A DNA stretch of 64,000 nucleotides from assembly GCA_002305655.1 (NCBI GenBank), contig DBPZ01000118.1, positions 4,224 through 68,223 on the forward strand, written 5' to 3'. The position numbers and the translations under genes were made by a program. This DNA comes from Lentisphaeria bacterium UBA1407 (GTDB lineage: Bacteria; Verrucomicrobiota; Lentisphaeria; Oligosphaerales; Oligosphaeraceae). How positions within the stretch are numbered: position 1 is the stretch's first letter; each line of letters opens with the position of its first letter. Shown one piece after another: positions 18,351-28,491 of the stretch. The notes under the pieces were generated by a model that was given only the letters and a program-made list of their open reading frames with translations, ran no database searches and was not told the DNA's origin.

Positions 18351-19451
18351 TTATTTCCTTTGCAGTCCGATGATCTTAATCAATGCGTTTTCTAGTGAGA
18401 TTCGCGGTGATGTTGAAGAGGAGATGCATTGCCAAAGTGCATCTCGGAGCGTGCGGGTCGCGGCGATGATTTCCTGTGGCGTGTACCTGACGGCCTGTTC
18501 TGCGATCATTTGAACCCTGTATGGGTGCATGGTCACGAAATCGGAGCCGTCCTCGACCCAGGCTTGCTTCTGAATGTCGCCGGATTCCTCCAGCAATCGC
18601 TTCAGTGAAATTGGAGAAGATATCTTGTTGATGACCATGAACAGGCGAATCTGAAGAGCCTGCCTGAAAAATCCTGCCGCATTCAAGATCAGAGAGCGGG
18701 AAGTGCGATCCTCGTCCTTGCTCTGCTCAGATATCGCATCAATGACACGAAGGCATTCCTGAAGGTTCCGAAGACCGAGGAAATTTCCCATCGCCCAACT
18801 GAATTCCTCGCCTTGGCCGATGCAAATCTGACGTACCTCGTCCAAGGTGACCTGCCCTTGGGTACCCCCCATGTAGCAGATGATTTTCTCCAGTTCGGAA
18901 TCGATGCGGGCCGTATCCGTGCCCAGGACATCGATCAGGTAATCGACGATATTTTGGCTGAGATTGAGGTTTTTATCCTTGGCTGCCAACTGTATGCAGG
19001 CCGCCATGTCGGCTTGCCAGTTTCGGTTGAGCTTGTCGGGTTTTTGGTATGTAATCAGCTCTCCCTTGTCAGCGCAAGCTTTTGCGAGCGCGCGTCTTCT
19101 GTCAATTCCAGGTCCATCCATGACAAGGACTATGTCCTTTGGGAGTCCCTGCGCCAGGAAGGTCGCCAATTCCTTGAGCGCCTTCGAGAGCGGGGTGCTC
19201 TTGTCTCCTTCGGAAGCGAATCCTGAGAAGTGCTTGAGCCAGACTGTTTTTTGCCCGCCGAGGAAAGGCGGCGATTTCAGTGACATCAGCAAATTCTGGA
19301 TTAGTGCGGCGTCAGGTCCGGCATCGCCTTCCTGGAAGCAATCGAATGCGAAGTCATCTGGCTTCGGTCCTGCGACTTGGAGGATGATCTTTTCGGCATG
19401 GGCAGCGATTTGCGCCTGGTCATTGCCTGATATGAGGTAGATATTGGTCAT
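18351..19451 (-). CDS. holA: DNA polymerase III subunit delta
   Basis: Size (366 aa), the N-terminal YLISGND pattern, the PFLGGQKTVWL clamp-loader motif and the helical C-terminus resemble HolA. Confidence 0.7.
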   Translation of the reverse strand: MTNIYLISGNDQAQIAAHAEKIILQVAGPKPDDFAFDCFQEGDAGPDAALIQNLLMSLKSPPFLGGQKTVWLKHFSGFASEGDKSTPLSKALKELATFLAQGLPKDIVLVMDGPGIDRRRALAKACADKGELITYQKPDKLNRNWQADMAACIQLAAKDKNLNLSQNIVDYLIDVLGTDTARIDSELEKIICYMGGTQGQVTLDEVRQICIGQGEEFSWAMGNFLGLRNLQECLRVIDAISEQSKDEDRTSRSLILNAAGFFRQALQIRLFMVINKISSPISLKRLLEESGDIQKQAWVEDGSDFVTMHPYRVQMIAEQAVRYTPQEIIAATRTLRDALWQCISSSTSPRISLENALIKIIGLQRK

Positions 19452-19465
19452 CCAGTAAAGCTCTC

Positions 19466-20542
19466 CTACTGCTGCTGGCGAATCGATTCGAGATGGATTC
19501 GATTGTAGATTTCGGCGACGAATTCCTCGTCAAGCCCGACTTTTTTTCCCTTGGCAATCACCTGAGCGAGCACGCGTTCCCATCGGGATGCTTGCAGGAC
19601 GATGATATGGTTGTCGCGCTTGAGGTTTCCGATTTCCCTTGAGACCTTCATCCGCCTGGCGAGCGTTGTGATCAGCGTGACATCAAGCTGGTCGATCTCC
19701 AATCTCAATTGATCGAGTTTGAGTTGGTAATTATGGTCACCTCCTTCTGTTGAGCGTGGCTTGAGGGACTTGATAATGGTATTGCATTGCTCTGGTGTCA
19801 GTTGTTGCTTTGCGTCCGAGAGTGCCTGGTTCGGGTTTGGATGGACTTCAAGCATCAGTCCTTGGAAATCCAGGTTGATTGCCTGTTGTGACAATTCAAG
19901 TATGTACTCCGTATTTCCTGCGATGTGTGACGGATCGCAGAGGCATGGAACGACAGGCAGGCGTTGCTTCAGGTCGATGGCCAACTGCCAGCATGGCGCG
20001 TTGCGGTATTTACCCGGGGCGACTCCTCCGCATCCCCTGAGCACGGCTCCGATTCGACGGATTCCTGCGCCCCGCAATCGCTCGATGGCTCCGATCCAAA
20101 GTTCCAGGTCAAGATGAATGGGGTTTTTCACGAAGACTGGGATATCGACGCCGCTGAGCGCATCGGCGATTTCCTGCACTGCAAATGGGGTAACGGTCGT
20201 GCGCGATCCGATCCAGACGGCGTCCATCTTGTGTGCCAGAGCCAAACCCACATGCTTGGCATTGGCGACTTCGACCATGCAGCGGTATCCGAACTCCTCG
20301 CGGATGCGTCCAAGCCATTTCAGGGCATCCTCGCCAGCGCCTTCAAAGGCACCAGGACGGGTGCGTGGCTTCCAGGCACCCGCGCGAAAGAACGTGATTC
20401 CGGTGTCGCGAAGGCGCATTGCCACCTGACGCAATTGATCCTCGCTTTCCGCCGAACAAGGACCCGCTATCAAAATCGGACAGCACGAACCGCCACCGGA
20501 TATTCCCCAATCGCTGAAATGTAAGTAATCACTGGACATCAA
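19466..20542 (-). CDS. Bifunctional DAHP synthase (class I-beta) / chorismate mutase type II
   Basis: The N-terminal ~260 aa are KDO8P/DAHPS I-beta-like (LIAGPCSAES, FRAGAWKPRT, CDPSH). The C-terminal ~90 aa are AroQ-like (LRLEIDQLDVTLITTLARRMKVSREIG...IHLESIRQQ). Confidence 0.85.
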   Translation of the reverse strand: MMSSDYLHFSDWGISGGGSCCPILIAGPCSAESEDQLRQVAMRLRDTGITFFRAGAWKPRTRPGAFEGAGEDALKWLGRIREEFGYRCMVEVANAKHVGLALAHKMDAVWIGSRTTVTPFAVQEIADALSGVDIPVFVKNPIHLDLELWIGAIERLRGAGIRRIGAVLRGCGGVAPGKYRNAPCWQLAIDLKQRLPVVPCLCDPSHIAGNTEYILELSQQAINLDFQGLMLEVHPNPNQALSDAKQQLTPEQCNTIIKSLKPRSTEGGDHNYQLKLDQLRLEIDQLDVTLITTLARRMKVSREIGNLKRDNHIIVLQASRWERVLAQVIAKGKKVGLDEEFVAEIYNRIHLESIRQQQ

Positions 20543-20674
20543 TGAAACAGGACTCCTGCCTTTCAGTTAACACGATAAAAGATGTAATATAACTCTTTTG
20601 CGGTATATTACTTAATGTTCCGATGCGTTTTTTCAAACGTGACTGAAAGCAGGGCAATTCCATAGGTCACAGAC

Positions 20675-21910
20675 ATGACAATGAGCCAATACGAGCAAGT
20701 TTACATTACAGATATAGCATATGGCGGCGATGGAGTAGGGCGTCTCGCGGACGGAAACGTGGTCTTCGTCCCCTATGCAGCCATGGGGGACCTGGTCGAA
20801 ATCATGGTCACCGAACGGAAAAAACTCTTTTGCCGCGGTGTCATCAACGAGATCATAGAGCCTTCCGCCGATCGTACCACCCCCAAGTGCAGGTACTACG
20901 GGAAGTGCGGAGGTTGCGCCTATCAACATCTGAATTACGAGGCAGAAATCGATGCCAAAACCAAGCAGTTCAACGACTTGATCAGGAGAATCGGGAAATT
21001 CGAGTCGTTCCCGGAGCCGGAATTGATCTTCCCGTCGCCACTGGAGTACGGATATCGCAACAAGATCCGCCTCGAACCAGGCGAACGGGAGCTGGCGGCG
21101 ACGGGCTACTTCGTCCCCTACGGATATTACATGCGGGACAATACCACGTTCTTCATGGTCAGAAGCTGCCCGCTTGCCCAGGAACCTCTCAACGCCTTGC
21201 TGCCAAGGGCGATCAGGAGCGATTGGGGCAAGCAAAACGCCAAGCGGAAGAAGCCATATACATTGACGCTTAGGGTCACCACCGATGGCGAGACCTCATA
21301 CTACTTTGGGCAGGCGCCGCTAAATATGACATGGTTGCGGGAGCGGCTGCTGGATGTGGAATACCGCGTTCCTGTAGGTGGCTTTTGGCAAGTCAATCCC
21401 CCTGTTGCCGAGCGTCTTTTGGAGATTGCGAAAGCCTGGACGGCTGACTTGCCTGTGAGTGAACTGATTGACGTTTACGGCGGTGCGGGCACGTTTACAA
21501 TGCAAATCGGTCAACGTTTTGCCAAGCGCGCTCTTGTCGAAAGCGATATTCCCGCCGTGGAGGCGGCGGACTTTACGTTCCAGGAAGCCGCCATGCCCGT
21601 AACCCTGTGGAAGGGAACCGCAGATGAATTCCTGCCTGCCGACGACGGCCCGCTGGCGGAGGCCAACCTGTCCGAAACCCTCTTGGTCCTCGACCCGCCA
21701 CGGTCAGGATGCCAACCCTCAGTCCTACAAGCGCTGATTGACAGACCACCAAAGTTCATCCTCTACGTCTCGTGCAATGTGGCGACACTAGCCAGAGACC
21801 TGAAAATCCTCTGCGATCACAACCTCTACAAGCCGACGAGAAGCGCAATCTTTGATATGTTCCCAAAAACAGCGCACTTTGAATCAATGACACTCCTGGA
21901 ACGCCAATAA
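20675..21910 (+). CDS. rlmD: 23S rRNA (uracil-C5)-methyltransferase, RlmD/RumA family
   Basis: TRAM-like N-terminus, the Fe-S Cys cluster CRYYGKCGGCAYQH, SAM motif DVYGGAGTF, and C-terminal LDPPRSG ... YVSCN. Confidence 0.85.
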   Translation: MTMSQYEQVYITDIAYGGDGVGRLADGNVVFVPYAAMGDLVEIMVTERKKLFCRGVINEIIEPSADRTTPKCRYYGKCGGCAYQHLNYEAEIDAKTKQFNDLIRRIGKFESFPEPELIFPSPLEYGYRNKIRLEPGERELAATGYFVPYGYYMRDNTTFFMVRSCPLAQEPLNALLPRAIRSDWGKQNAKRKKPYTLTLRVTTDGETSYYFGQAPLNMTWLRERLLDVEYRVPVGGFWQVNPPVAERLLEIAKAWTADLPVSELIDVYGGAGTFTMQIGQRFAKRALVESDIPAVEAADFTFQEAAMPVTLWKGTADEFLPADDGPLAEANLSETLLVLDPPRSGCQPSVLQALIDRPPKFILYVSCNVATLARDLKILCDHNLYKPTRSAIFDMFPKTAHFESMTLLERQ

Positions 21911-21925
21911 TCCAATTGCTTGACC

Positions 21926-23410
21926 ATGCAAGACGAAACCCATCTTACCAAGAAGAATTCCAGCTGGCTGGTCATCATCGTCGCCATCTACATCATTCGT
22001 TCATTTTCGTGGTTTTCGGCTGAATTGTGGTATGACGAGGTGCTGACACTCACAAGATTCGTGCTCAATCCCAATGATCCTTCGCTGCTCAATGTCTTCA
22101 GGGACTACCCGATCGCCAACAACCACATCCTCTCAACGGCAATCTACTGGTGCTGGACGCGAATCGTGGGCTTGCCGGACGAATCCCTGCTCAGGCTTCC
22201 CTCGATTTGCCTGGGCATAGGAACGATTGTCTTGATCGTCAGGCATTGGAGGCATTTTCTTGGCGACAAGCTGGCGGTCATTGGCGGGTTCATCTTTGCG
22301 ATCAGTCCGGTCTTCACGGCTTACGCCTATCAAATCCGCGGTTATTCGTTGACGTTCTTCCTGGCGACCCTCGCCGTATCCGGCGCCCTTGAATTGAGTC
22401 GTGACAGCAAGGCGAAACGGGCGCAAGCGATGCTGTTTTTCAGTTCTCTTCTGTTGCCTTTGGTGATTCCCACCAATGCGATGCTCGCCTTGCCTCTGGC
22501 GACGTTGATTGTCGCGGATGCCCGTTCGCGCCAACTGAGTTGGCGTCAAAGCCTCTTGAGTTCGCTTCCGTGCCTGGCGGGATTTGCCTTGGGGGCTGGT
22601 TACTACCTGACGATTTTCGATCAATTGAAGCGTGTTCTTGCGGAGCCTGACGGTTGGAGTTCGTGTTGGCTTGTCATCGGCAATCTTGTTTTGGCGTTGA
22701 TTGCCCATGCGATTGTGCTTCCATTGGCATTTTTCAAGCATCCGAAGGCTGCGGATTGCGGCGTGCGTCGCATGGCTCCCTTGGCATGGACGGGCTTGGC
22801 TGTTTTGTGTACTGTTGGTCTTATGCTTCTGCTGTCCCGTTCCGGCCACGCTCCATTCCCGCGTGTGTTCCTGGTTTTGCTTCCGATGGTATCGGTTCTA
22901 ATCCTGCTGGCGATCAAGGAAAACAAGCATCAGGACATCATTCCATTCACGACGCTCGCCGTGGTCATCCTGCTCAATGGGTTGCTTTGGGAACGGTTTG
23001 CAGACAATTATACCAGGCTGCAGCTCAAAAAAAACGTGGTTCCGGATAACTTGCTCCAACAGTATTATCGCGGGCAAGATGAACTGAGAGCCATCGCGCG
23101 TCACAATGACCATGACATGGAAAACTGGTTCGTCGTCACAGACGCATACGATATCATGACATTCCGGTTTTATTGGGTCACCAGGGGATTGCCTGCTGGA
23201 CAAACAGCTGGAGACAATGAGTTCCCGGAAGGTTTCTGGAACAAAATCAATCACGACAATCTGAAGCTCAGGGTCGTGGCGAAATCCCCGCAAAAGGCGG
23301 CGGAGATCTTCCAGAAGGCTGGGTTCGGAAGCAAGAACCAGCTTTTGGACAAGCTCGTTTGCATTCCCGGGATTGGCAAGCCGATCAGAGCCGTCTATGC
23401 CATTGAATGA
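21926..23410 (+). CDS. Polytopic membrane protein, GT-C (ArnT/PMT, GT39/83)-like glycosyltransferase
   Basis: At least 10 hydrophobic segments and a soluble C-terminal domain. The family call is by overall architecture only. ATG 21926 is preferred to the TTG at 21920. Confidence 0.4.
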   Translation: MQDETHLTKKNSSWLVIIVAIYIIRSFSWFSAELWYDEVLTLTRFVLNPNDPSLLNVFRDYPIANNHILSTAIYWCWTRIVGLPDESLLRLPSICLGIGTIVLIVRHWRHFLGDKLAVIGGFIFAISPVFTAYAYQIRGYSLTFFLATLAVSGALELSRDSKAKRAQAMLFFSSLLLPLVIPTNAMLALPLATLIVADARSRQLSWRQSLLSSLPCLAGFALGAGYYLTIFDQLKRVLAEPDGWSSCWLVIGNLVLALIAHAIVLPLAFFKHPKAADCGVRRMAPLAWTGLAVLCTVGLMLLLSRSGHAPFPRVFLVLLPMVSVLILLAIKENKHQDIIPFTTLAVVILLNGLLWERFADNYTRLQLKKNVVPDNLLQQYYRGQDELRAIARHNDHDMENWFVVTDAYDIMTFRFYWVTRGLPAGQTAGDNEFPEGFWNKINHDNLKLRVVAKSPQKAAEIFQKAGFGSKNQLLDKLVCIPGIGKPIRAVYAIE

Positions 23411-23471
23411 TTTTGGTTTGGATCGCAAGGCATATTTAGGAATATGTGAACTTATCAGGACAGATTGAATT

Positions 23472-25460
23472 ATGTTATCAAAAACCCTACGATTGATTTG
23501 CTTGTTGGCGTGCATGATTGGGTATTGTTCATCAATCTTGGAGCGCGATCGCTTGACGTACTACGTTTCCCCATCGGGCCTTGAACTGAATCCTGGCGGT
23601 TCCGAGCTTCCCTTTGCCAGCTTGTCTCATGCACGTCGCAAGATTCGAAGCCTAGTGTTGACGGGGACTCTGCCTCCCGGCGGCGTGAAGATTGTCATCA
23701 GGGCAGGCCGATACCCTATTCGCGAAGGGTTTGTCCTAGGAGAGCTGGAAAGCGGCACGGAAGAGGCGCCGATCGAATGGGTCGCTGAAACGGGTGCTAC
23801 CTTGGTCGGGGGAATTGACTTGCCACTGGCAGCCTTCACCCACGTCAGTGATGAGGCAACCCTGGCGAGACTCGGTCAATTGGCTAGGACGCACATCAGA
23901 AAACTCGACCTCGCTTCATACGAAAACTGCACGATCAAGCAATGGCCCGATACGGCAGAGGGATTGCCGCAACATGGCGAACTCTTCTGCAACGGAAGTC
24001 CATTGCCGTTGGCAGGATGGCCAAACCAAGGATGGGCGACCTTCAAGGAAATTGCCGAACAGAATGCCGATGAAGCGTCATTTGAGTACGAGCCAATGTT
24101 CGTTCCGGCGCTGAGATGGAAACCCGAAACCGGAATTTGGATCCATGGCTTCATGCACTACGACTGGTTTGATGAAACCATGAAGCTCAAGTCGGTCGAT
24201 CAGCTCAAGAATACATTGACTGTGATGACGAAGGGGAGCAGCTATGGAGTGGGGATGCCTTCCAAACGCGATCCGATTCCTCGCCGATATCGCGTGGTCA
24301 ATTGCCTGGAAGAACTGGACATGCCCGGAGAATGGTTTGCGGACCACACCAGCAATACCCTCTATCTCTGGCCGCCACCCAACGCCGAATCCGTCGTCTT
24401 CACCACTCTGGAACAGCCGGTCATAACGATTGAAAACGCATCGTACATCACGATCAAAAACCTCGAGATCGATGGCACCTTGGGTGACGGTATTCTGGTG
24501 AACGGGAACCACAACCAGATACTGGATTGCAGAGTTGCCAACACAGGGGCGTTTGGAATAAGGGTCAACGGAACCGATAACCGAATCGCCAATTGCATCG
24601 TCACATCCACAGGTGGAACTTGCTGCCATGTGACCGGCGGCGATCCCAAAACCCTGACCCCTGGCGAAAACATCGTGGAAGACTGCCTGATCGCACTTTC
24701 GGGGCGAAGACGCTTCGCATACGCGCCAGGAATCAGCCTTCATGGCGTGGGCAATATCGTCCGCCACAACGAACTAGTCGATCATCCGCACGCCGCCTTG
24801 GTCTATACGGGAAACGAACACATCATCGAACGGAATCTTGTCCGCAACGCCTGCGTGCTGACTTCCGACACCGGCGCATTCCATACCGCACGCAACTGGG
24901 GAAGCCAGGGCAACATCGTCCGATTCAACCGCTTCGAGGACATCAAAGGATTCAATGATCAGGCACGGGGAATCTATCTTGACGATTGCGACAGCGGCGA
25001 TACGATATCGCACAACACGTTTGTTCGGGTGAACCAAGCCGTTGACATTGGCGGCGGGCGTGACAATCGAGTCGAAGGCAATTTGTTCATCGATTGCGTT
25101 CCTGCAGTTCGTTTGGACGATCGCGGAACCCGAATGATTGCGATGAATGCCGGACCGGACAATACCTGGGACTTGGAAGCCAAGCTGAAGGCAGTCAACT
25201 ACAAGCAGCCGCCCTGGAGCGAACGATACCCGAAGCTCGCCACCATCATGGACAACAAACCACAACAGCCCCTGGGCAACGAACTGATCGGCAACGTAGT
25301 CATCGGTGGAGCCGGATTCGAAATGAAGGAATCCCTTAGGCAATGGGTCACCACAGAGGACAACCACTTCTTCGATGGACAAGGTGGAGTCGAGGTTGAC
25401 AAGGCGATCCTTGAAAAGGTGGGGACAACCTGCTTCGGAAGACGAGGCGAAACCAAATAG
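23472..25460 (+). CDS. Secreted right-handed parallel beta-helix (PbH1) repeat protein
   Basis: Signal peptide MLSKTLRLICLLACMIG. Repeated ...N..I.N..I...G..GI.V.G.. turns, e.g. ITIKNLEIDGTLGDGILVNGNHNQILDCRVANTGAFGIRVNG. Confidence 0.75.
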   Translation: MLSKTLRLICLLACMIGYCSSILERDRLTYYVSPSGLELNPGGSELPFASLSHARRKIRSLVLTGTLPPGGVKIVIRAGRYPIREGFVLGELESGTEEAPIEWVAETGATLVGGIDLPLAAFTHVSDEATLARLGQLARTHIRKLDLASYENCTIKQWPDTAEGLPQHGELFCNGSPLPLAGWPNQGWATFKEIAEQNADEASFEYEPMFVPALRWKPETGIWIHGFMHYDWFDETMKLKSVDQLKNTLTVMTKGSSYGVGMPSKRDPIPRRYRVVNCLEELDMPGEWFADHTSNTLYLWPPPNAESVVFTTLEQPVITIENASYITIKNLEIDGTLGDGILVNGNHNQILDCRVANTGAFGIRVNGTDNRIANCIVTSTGGTCCHVTGGDPKTLTPGENIVEDCLIALSGRRRFAYAPGISLHGVGNIVRHNELVDHPHAALVYTGNEHIIERNLVRNACVLTSDTGAFHTARNWGSQGNIVRFNRFEDIKGFNDQARGIYLDDCDSGDTISHNTFVRVNQAVDIGGGRDNRVEGNLFIDCVPAVRLDDRGTRMIAMNAGPDNTWDLEAKLKAVNYKQPPWSERYPKLATIMDNKPQQPLGNELIGNVVIGGAGFEMKESLRQWVTTEDNHFFDGQGGVEVDKAILEKVGTTCFGRRGETK

Positions 25461-25483
25461 GGGCGAAAAATCTTTCGCCCCTT
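25460..25483 (+). terminator. Hairpin terminator after beta-helix gene
   Basis: ggggcgaaa (25460-25468) pairs with tttcgcccc (25473-25481) over a 4-nt loop. It is followed only by tt, so the U-tract is weak. Confidence 0.45.
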
Positions 25484-25577
25484 GTAGGAAGGATTTGGTT
25501 GAGTAGATTATGAAAATCCTTGTTGGAAGCAACAAATTCAGCAAAATATCCACAATCTAAATAGGAGTTGAGTTCAG

Positions 25578-27716
25578 ATGTCATTTTCACGAAATGCAGG
25601 GAATTGGTCCATTACGTTCGAGTCGGAATCATCGGAGCTTGTGTTGACGAATGGGGACAAGGTGGCGATCAAGCTGTCCTCCTCGGTATTGATCAAAGAT
25701 CAGCAGTGGCGTTTGGCGCCGCCGATGGATGCGGTATCCAGCAGATTGGCGTTGGTTGCTTCTGACGGCAATGTCCAAGGCTACCTGACCTTTGCTGGAA
25801 ATGGAGGCAGGTTGGAAATCAGGGCGATTCATAGGACGGCGCAATTCTACCATGGAATCCTGTCCTTCGAAGGAAGCGTTTCCTTCCCAGGTGCATTTGC
25901 CTGCCGCTGCCAGCCGCCGGAAGTCGTCAATGTCATCCAAATGGGTACGGGCATGACCGATAGCAAGTGCAACGACGCCTTGTTTGACCGCGAACATGAC
26001 CGATGCCTCGTGTTCTCAGGAGCAAATCAACTGGAAATCACAACGGTTGACGCAGATAACTTCAACCTCAAGTTCCAATTGGTCATCCAAAAGGCGGCGC
26101 AGGCGGCAATCGTCCTGGAATTGCATGACGACTACTACAAGGATCGATACATCCCGTACTATGAGCCGATCAACAAGAAACGCTGCCCCTCGCCACCAAC
26201 CGGCTGGATGTCCTGGAACGTCTATTTCGATCAGGCAGGAGCTAAGGAAAACCTCGATGAAGCACGAATCGGAGCTAGGGAACTCAAACCCTTCGGAATG
26301 GAATTCTGGTCGATCGAATCATGGCAGGGAAATTCCGACTCGTTGCCGGTATCCAAGTTCGACAACCTCAACCTCACCGCACATAAAGGACAATTCCCCG
26401 AAGGCATGGGAAAGCTCGCAAAGGATATCAGGGAAATCGGATTCAGGCCCGGTATCTGGACAGCGCCTTTCGGTACGGGAAGTGATGAATTCTACCAGGA
26501 GCACAAGGATTGGTTCCTGCATGACGAAAATGGAACGCCGATGAAAACCTGGAACGGAAAATATACGATCGACCCGTCAAACGACGAGGTGATCGAGTAC
26601 CTCAAGCAATACCATCGGCACGCTTCCCAAGAGTGGGGATATGAATTCTTCAAGATTGACGGCATGTCAGGACGCAGCCATGGATATTGCGCGCACTTCT
26701 TTGAGCGCCCAGAAGTACGCGCCCGCTTCAAGGATCCAACCTGCCCGAATCCCTTCGAGCGATGTGCCGCCGCCTTCCGCGAAGGAATCGGACCGGACCG
26801 GGTCTTCCTAGCTTGCCAAGGACACTACACCGGCCCCGAGGCGGGAGTAGGGGACGCATCGAGAATCGGCGGCGATATCGTGGCGCCCAATACGGATTCC
26901 AATTGGAATAACATCCTGAGCCAGGCAAGGGCGACCCTCAATCAGCTTTTCGTACATAATATCGTCTTCTATATGGATCCCGATACACTGCTGGTCGGCG
27001 ACTACCACCCTCTTGAAGAAGCGCGGGTAACGGCGACAGTCGTGGCGCTACCAGGACAAATGATGTTCGCAGGCGACAAATTGGCCACGCTTTCCGAAGA
27101 GCGGATGATGCTACTCAAGCAATCCCTCCCTGTCTGCGACGTCCATCCGATGAACCTCTATCCGGTCTTCGATATGGCGCCAATCTGGGACCTCAAGGTC
27201 AACAGGGACTTTGCCAATTGGGATGTGGTCGCACTCTTCAATTGGTCGGACAATGATGCCGAAATCGGATTCTCATTCGAAGAACTCGGACTCGACGACG
27301 ACAAATCCTACTTGATCTACGAATACTGGACCAAGGAATTCCAGGATATCTTCGAAACCAACTTCAGCATGACCGTCCCGGCGCATGGAGTCAGGCTGAT
27401 CGCCATACACGAAGACTTGGGACGACCGCAATTCCTCTCCTCAAGCAGGCATATTACCCAGGGCGCCATCGATCTGAAGGCGCTGGAATGGGATGCCAAG
27501 AAGCTGAACTTGACCGGATCCGTGGAATTGGTCGCCAACCATCCGACAACGCTTACGTTCTATATCGGAGATGCACATACCCTCCAGCGAGTCGCGGTGC
27601 CAGGAGTCGACATGGCGCTGAAATTGGACAATACGGACGGAATCCTCCAAGTTACGCTGACTGCGGCAAAGAATCAATTGGCGGACTTCACCATCAAGGT
27701 CGAGAAGAAAGGATAA
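25578..27716 (+). CDS. Clan GH-D (GH27/GH36-type) alpha-galactosidase-like glycoside hydrolase
   Basis: PPTGWMSWNVYF matches the GWNSWN-type motif. FFKIDGM fits the nucleophile region and YMDPDTLLVGD fits the acid/base region. It has an N-terminal beta domain and a C-terminal Greek-key-like tail. Confidence 0.7.
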   Translation: MSFSRNAGNWSITFESESSELVLTNGDKVAIKLSSSVLIKDQQWRLAPPMDAVSSRLALVASDGNVQGYLTFAGNGGRLEIRAIHRTAQFYHGILSFEGSVSFPGAFACRCQPPEVVNVIQMGTGMTDSKCNDALFDREHDRCLVFSGANQLEITTVDADNFNLKFQLVIQKAAQAAIVLELHDDYYKDRYIPYYEPINKKRCPSPPTGWMSWNVYFDQAGAKENLDEARIGARELKPFGMEFWSIESWQGNSDSLPVSKFDNLNLTAHKGQFPEGMGKLAKDIREIGFRPGIWTAPFGTGSDEFYQEHKDWFLHDENGTPMKTWNGKYTIDPSNDEVIEYLKQYHRHASQEWGYEFFKIDGMSGRSHGYCAHFFERPEVRARFKDPTCPNPFERCAAAFREGIGPDRVFLACQGHYTGPEAGVGDASRIGGDIVAPNTDSNWNNILSQARATLNQLFVHNIVFYMDPDTLLVGDYHPLEEARVTATVVALPGQMMFAGDKLATLSEERMMLLKQSLPVCDVHPMNLYPVFDMAPIWDLKVNRDFANWDVVALFNWSDNDAEIGFSFEELGLDDDKSYLIYEYWTKEFQDIFETNFSMTVPAHGVRLIAIHEDLGRPQFLSSSRHITQGAIDLKALEWDAKKLNLTGSVELVANHPTTLTFYIGDAHTLQRVAVPGVDMALKLDNTDGILQVTLTAAKNQLADFTIKVEKKG

Positions 27717-27734
27717 CCTTCCAGGAGTAAAACG

Positions 27735-28421
27735 ATGAAACGTTCGGAGATCAACCGATACATTCAAGAGGCGGAGGCCCTCTTTGCAAAGCAATGCTTC
27801 TACCTTCCACCCTTCGCCCACTGGACACCGCAGGATTGGAAGACGAAATCACGTGACGAGGTCGATGAAATCCTCGCTTGCAACCTGGGATGGGATGTGA
27901 CCGATTTCGGAAGCGGAGACTACAAAAAAGCCGGACTCTTCCTGTTCACGATCCGAAATGCAGTTCTCAACAGCACTAAATACCCAAAGCCATATGCCGA
28001 GAAAATCATGATTTCCTTGGAAAACCAAGTGACGTTGATGCACTATCACGCCCACAAGACCGAGGATATCATCAATCGCGGCGGTGGACGCCTCGCATTT
28101 AGGCTCTATAACAGTACCCCGGATGGCAAGCTCGACGATTCAACCGTGTATGTCTCCAGGGATGGAGTCAAGACTGCCGTCCAACCAGGCGAAATGTTTT
28201 CAATCGGAAATGGGGAAAGCATTACCCTGACTCCGGGATTGTACCATGAATTCTGGGCGCTCAAAGGCTATGGTCCCGTGATGATAGGAGAAGTCTCGGC
28301 AGTCAATGACGACCATACCGATAATTTCTTCCTCAATCCATTGCAACGGTTCCCGACAGTCGAAGAGGATGAAGAACCCTATCGGTTGATCGTCGGAGAC
28401 TACGCTGCCTTGCCTTTCTGA
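27735..28421 (+). CDS. D-lyxose/D-mannose family sugar isomerase (cupin)
   Basis: Near-colinear match from memory to E. coli O157 D-lyxose isomerase: MKRS.IN, LPPFA, LGWDVT.FG, YAEKIM, EDIINRGGG, PGLYH.FWA, GEVS.VNDD. Confidence 0.85.
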   Translation: MKRSEINRYIQEAEALFAKQCFYLPPFAHWTPQDWKTKSRDEVDEILACNLGWDVTDFGSGDYKKAGLFLFTIRNAVLNSTKYPKPYAEKIMISLENQVTLMHYHAHKTEDIINRGGGRLAFRLYNSTPDGKLDDSTVYVSRDGVKTAVQPGEMFSIGNGESITLTPGLYHEFWALKGYGPVMIGEVSAVNDDHTDNFFLNPLQRFPTVEEDEEPYRLIVGDYAALPF

Positions 28422-28491
28422 TGATATAAGATTATATTAAGCAGGCGGCTTTATGAAGAACTAAAAGGTTTGGAATCAACGAGGTAAATAC

